The translations under genes were made by a program, and so were the position numbers. A stretch of 64,000 nt of DNA from Phaeosaccion multiseriatum (lineage: Eukaryota; Protista; Ochrophyta, other classes), in the NCBI GenBank assembly GCA_965112735.1, contig OZ218962.1, forward strand, positions 2,170,001-2,234,000, read 5' to 3'. Shown one piece after another: positions 59,838 to 64,000 of the stretch; the stretch's first letter is position 1; each line of letters starts with the position of its first letter. The notes below the pieces were generated by a model. That model was not told the DNA's origin, did no database searches, and saw only the letters and a program-made list of their open reading frames with translations.

Positions 59838-61779
59838 ATATCACCAACTGCTGCTGCTGCTGCTGCCCCTCCTCCTTGGGTGAGACACAGGTAGCCATGC
59901 TTGGCCCTTAGCGCGGCTCCGACGGCGGCCGAGTCCGATACCTCCGCCGTAAAGACGCTGACACCAAATACATCCGCCAGGACCTGGCTTGATGGAGAGA
60001 CAATATACGACCAACAGTTTCAACAGTTACAACAGTTACAGAACAGTTCAGCTCCTGCACTGACATCAAATACATCGAGATGCCAATACCTGCCCATGTC
60101 ATGCGATAGACAGAGATGATTAGGTGGGGCTTTAACTGCCATCTGCCTGCTCTGCTAAACCACGAAACAAGCTTATCGATCACTCGACCTTTCGGAGCAA
60201 TAGAAACTGAAACTGTAAACTGACCTGCATCATGTGCTTGTTCCTGCCCCCCCCCCCCGTGGCCAGCACTTTAGTGGGTCTATGGATGCCCATGTCCATG
60301 AGGCGTCTTCTCATGGACAGAAAACGGCCCTCCACCACCGCCCGAACCTCCTCCTCCTTGCTCTGTGAGGGTGGGGGTGAGTGCGGGTGTGGATGGCAGC
60401 AGAGAGCATATTATTTTCAGGATGTCGTACTAGTGAAGGGCAGGCACTCCAAGCCGGGCCTTTGATCCTATTTGCTTTCATTGCATTGACTCCCTCTCTC
60501 GCTCGCCCCCTCTCTCTCTCTCTCTCTCTCCTCTTTCTCCCACCCCTCACCGTCTTTCTCTTTCTCTCGTTCACACACCATACAGAAACACTCACACTAT
60601 ACACTACACACACAGACACATACACACACATACCCACACACTCGCACTACATACACACGCACACATACACACACTACACGCACACACACACACATACACA
60701 CACAGACACACAGACAGATACACACACACACACACAGAGAGAGAGACACACCTCAAAGGGTTTGTCAATGTCCTCTCCCTCCTTTCCGCGGCGGAAGCGT
60801 CCGGTCACCCCTATCTCCGGTGTTATCTCGGGCAAATCTAAGTACAGACCCATCTGAGGAGGAGGAGGAGGAGGAGGAGGAGGAGGAGGATGAGGATGAG
60901 GAGGAGGAGGAGGAGGAGGATGATGATGATGATGATGATGATGAGGAGGAGGAGGAGGATGAGGATGAGGAGGAGGAGGAGGAGGAGGAGGAGGAGGAGG
61001 AGGAGGAGGAGGAGGAGAAAGGAGGAGGGGGGGGAGGGGGAAGGGGAGAGAGATGAGGAGGAGAAGGAGGATGGGCAGGGGGAAGGGCGCCCCTGAAGCC
61101 AATCATCCACTACCATCCATCCCCCCGCCCTGGCTCCGAAAAGCAATACGTCAGCAAAACATAATGCATCACGTGCTATCACGTGCGAATCCGTCCCGTC
61201 CCCTCTGTCCCCTCACCCACCTTGCCACCGTTTCCCGGCGCGGAGGCCTCCAAACACGCTCCGAAGGCCTCCCAACTCCCTCCACACACCTCATCCCTCA
61301 GTCTACCGCGTGCCACGGCACCATTCTTGTACACCAGCATTGCGAAACAAGACGTGGGGTCGAGGGGGCTGACCATCACGTGGCCCTCCGTCTGGGGCCG
61401 AGGGGAGGAGGTGGTGACGCCCATGACGGTGTCTGAGGTGCCGAGGGAGACGGCGACGCAGTCTTGTCCATCCTCTGCAAGGAGGCCGAGTCCGGCGATG
61501 GAGCAGGGGTTATCGCCGCTGCCAGCTGTGACGACACAAGAGGCAGGCAGGCCGTACTTGCTGTTGTGTGTGTGTGCGTGTGTGTGTGTGTGTGTGTATG
61601 TGTGGGTGCGTGTGTGTGTACGTGTGGGTGCGTGTGTGTGTACGTGTGGGTGCGTGTGGGTGCGTGTGTGTGTACGTGTGTGTGCGTGTGTGGGTGGGTG
61701 GGCGGGTGTAGGTGTGGTAGGGAGGGGGTTTGGGCGGGGAGAAAAGAGCGAGTGTTTGTGGGGATGGGCGCAATGTATG

Positions 61780-61815
<36 letters not shown>

Positions 61816-62861
61816 AAGAGACAGAAAGGCAGAGGTAAGTAAGAGGTTATGGTACGAGAAGAGAGAGAGAGCGACAGAGTGAGAGAGGTGCAAGAGGGAA
61901 GCGTGGAGAAGGGACACAGCGCGCGATGGGAGCGGTGGAGGAGGCAGGGGAAAAGGCGTCGGACGTAGGCGCTGGGTGTGTAGTAAGGGCGAGATGATGA
62001 GCAGGGAAGGGAGACAAGGAAAAGAGGGAGGAGCGCTCGCCCACACGGGCCAGAGAAGAGGACCACGCGGATGTTGAGGGTGGGGCGAAAATCCTTTTCC
62101 TGTGGCAGCTCTCTCTCTCTCTCCTTCATGGGCGAGCTCGTACTCACTCACTCACTCACTCACTCACTCACTCACTCACTCACTCACTCACTCACTCACT
62201 CACTCACTCACTCACTTGACAAAGAAGGGACACACAGTCCCTAGAGTGGCATGCGAGTTAGCAATCTCTATCCCCAGCTTCTCCGCAAGCTCTTCCCCTG
62301 GAGTCTGCCCTCCCCCCTTGGGTGCCTGACCTCCTCCCTCGGCTGTCTGACTTCCCCCCTCGGGCCTCGCTGACGCACACCCACCGCCACGACTGCGACT
62401 ACTTGCAGCAGCACTGCATGGGTCAGTGGGCTCCTCCTCCTCCTCCTTCTCCTCCTCCTCCTCCTCCTCCTCCTTCTGCTGTATCATCAACTGCTCCTGC
62501 TGCCCTCTGTCGACAGAGCACCCCGCCAGGGCAGGGGGGTACCACTTCCGTGTGCGAATGTCCATCAAGTTCATCCCCGACGCATCGCTGCAGTCAATGG
62601 GAGCATAGTCCCCCAGAAACAGGGAGGGGAGGAAGGAGGACACCAGCGCCACCCGCTCCGTAGCCGAGTATACATCCGGCTCACAGTTGGCGATTTTCCG
62701 TATCTGCAGCCCGCTGAAACGGCAATAGGCCTTTGATCCGGTGGCGTCTGCGAGGGCTTGGGCTCCTCCGACGGAAGCCTGCAAGTGGTCGCATTCTTCT
62801 GTGGTGCTGGAGTCCGCCCAAATTGGGCTCGCTCGGCGAGAGAAGCAGCCTGAAAAACAAA

Positions 62862-62900
<39 letters not shown>

Positions 62901-63096
62901 AAAGTATAATGGGCTTGGGCGAAGATGGTGATGGGAGGGAGGGGGAGAGGGGGAGGAAGGGGGGTAAGAGTGAGGGTGAGGGTGAGGGTGATGGTGGGGG
63001 ATAGCGTGAGAGCGAAGGTGAGGGTGTGTGTGAGGGATGAGGATGAGGATGAGGGTGAGGGTGAGGGTGAGGATGAGGATGAGGGTGAGGGTGAAG

Positions 63097-63129
<33 letters not shown>

Positions 63130-63961
63130 AGGATGAGGATGAGGGTGAGGGTGAAGACTCGAGAGCGACGACGCACCCTCAAGGGCGTCTTTGAGCGTAG
63201 TGCGTTGGTCGGCTTGAACCTGCCCTTGGCCCAAGCAATGCTGCTGCTGCTGCTGCTGCCCTTGGCCTGCACAGTGCTGAAGCCTCTCTTGCAGTCGCTG
63301 GCGGGCTCCTCTCTTGGAATAAGGTGGTTACACCGCAAGGTGTCAGCGGCAGAGGAGGAGGGTCAGTTCGTTGATTGCATTGATTGGCCGTGAACTGAAG
63401 CAATAGAGAGGGCCATCATCTCAAGGTACGAAGTGGAGAGTTTGGGGCTTGACTTTGAACCTAGACCCCTCGGGAAAGGTCCCTCCTGCACTCACTCACT
63501 CGCCCACTCTCTCTCTCACTCTCGCTAACTCTCTCACTTTTGCTCTCTCTCGCACTCACTATCGCGCTCACTCACTCAATCACTGAACCACACACACACT
63601 CACTCACCTTCTCTCACTCATTCACTCACCCACTCACCTTCCAATACACCGTGCCATGCTGTTGGCCACTGAAGGAGACGGCCTTGACCTTCGGCATAAG
63701 TGGATGTCGGACCAAGCGAACGAGGCCCATATCGAGCGCGTCGAGCCACATCGTGACTGGGGAAGTTACAATTGAGAGGTCTTTGCCCGATACATGCATG
63801 CCCGCCTTCGTGTTATAGTGCGGAAGGCACTCGTCGAAGCTGACGGACTCCACTGCTTTCACCTCATAATCGCCTGCTGCAACCCCAAAGGACAGCAGAA
63901 TGATTGTGCAGCTTTGCGTGCTTAGGTCGACTCCCATGTAGACGTCATCTTCTTCCCCCAT
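59552..63961 (-). CDS. XYLB: Xylulokinase (FGGY carbohydrate kinase, eukaryotic type), multi-exon
   Basis: [118 protein letters not shown]; stop at 59552-59554. Confidence 0.93.
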
Positions 63962-64000
63962 CTTGTCAACTTGCTGCTGAATGCTACCCGATCTCTCTCC

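Overview
Eukaryotic nuclear DNA from a photosynthetic stramenopile (ochrophyte). This is inferred from signal-peptide+F bipartite plastid presequences and a brown-algal-type type III PKS; the species cannot be fixed from sequence alone. Introns are filled with microsatellites, so most entries in the ORF track are repeat artefacts. Ten spliced genes were reconstructed by hand: exocyst Sec5/EXOC2 (-, runs off the window start), plastid fructose-1,6-bisphosphatase (+), a Tat-targeted thylakoid-lumen protein (-), an Mpv17/PMP22 protein (+), two head-to-head type III polyketide synthases (- and +), syntaxin-18 (-), a 7TM-RGS protein (+), condensin II CAP-D3 (+) and xylulokinase (-). Most notable: (1) the PKS pair forms a 4.3-kb palindrome in which the catalytic exons differ at only 3 of 1169 nt while the N-terminal hydrophobic exons are only about 55% identical as protein, with a 281-bp shared promoter region; (2) the 11-mer GTTGGTGATAC occurs at least 17 times exactly, on both strands, in introns, at splice sites and inside exons in several frames; (3) a second intronic motif, CATCCACTGCCATC; (4) a MITE-like family with C(A/G)ACCCCTGA termini, one copy nested; (5) an RGS domain split by a ~520-aa insertion; (6) a 7-nt microexon needed to keep frame. 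All exon structures are manual predictions without transcript support.
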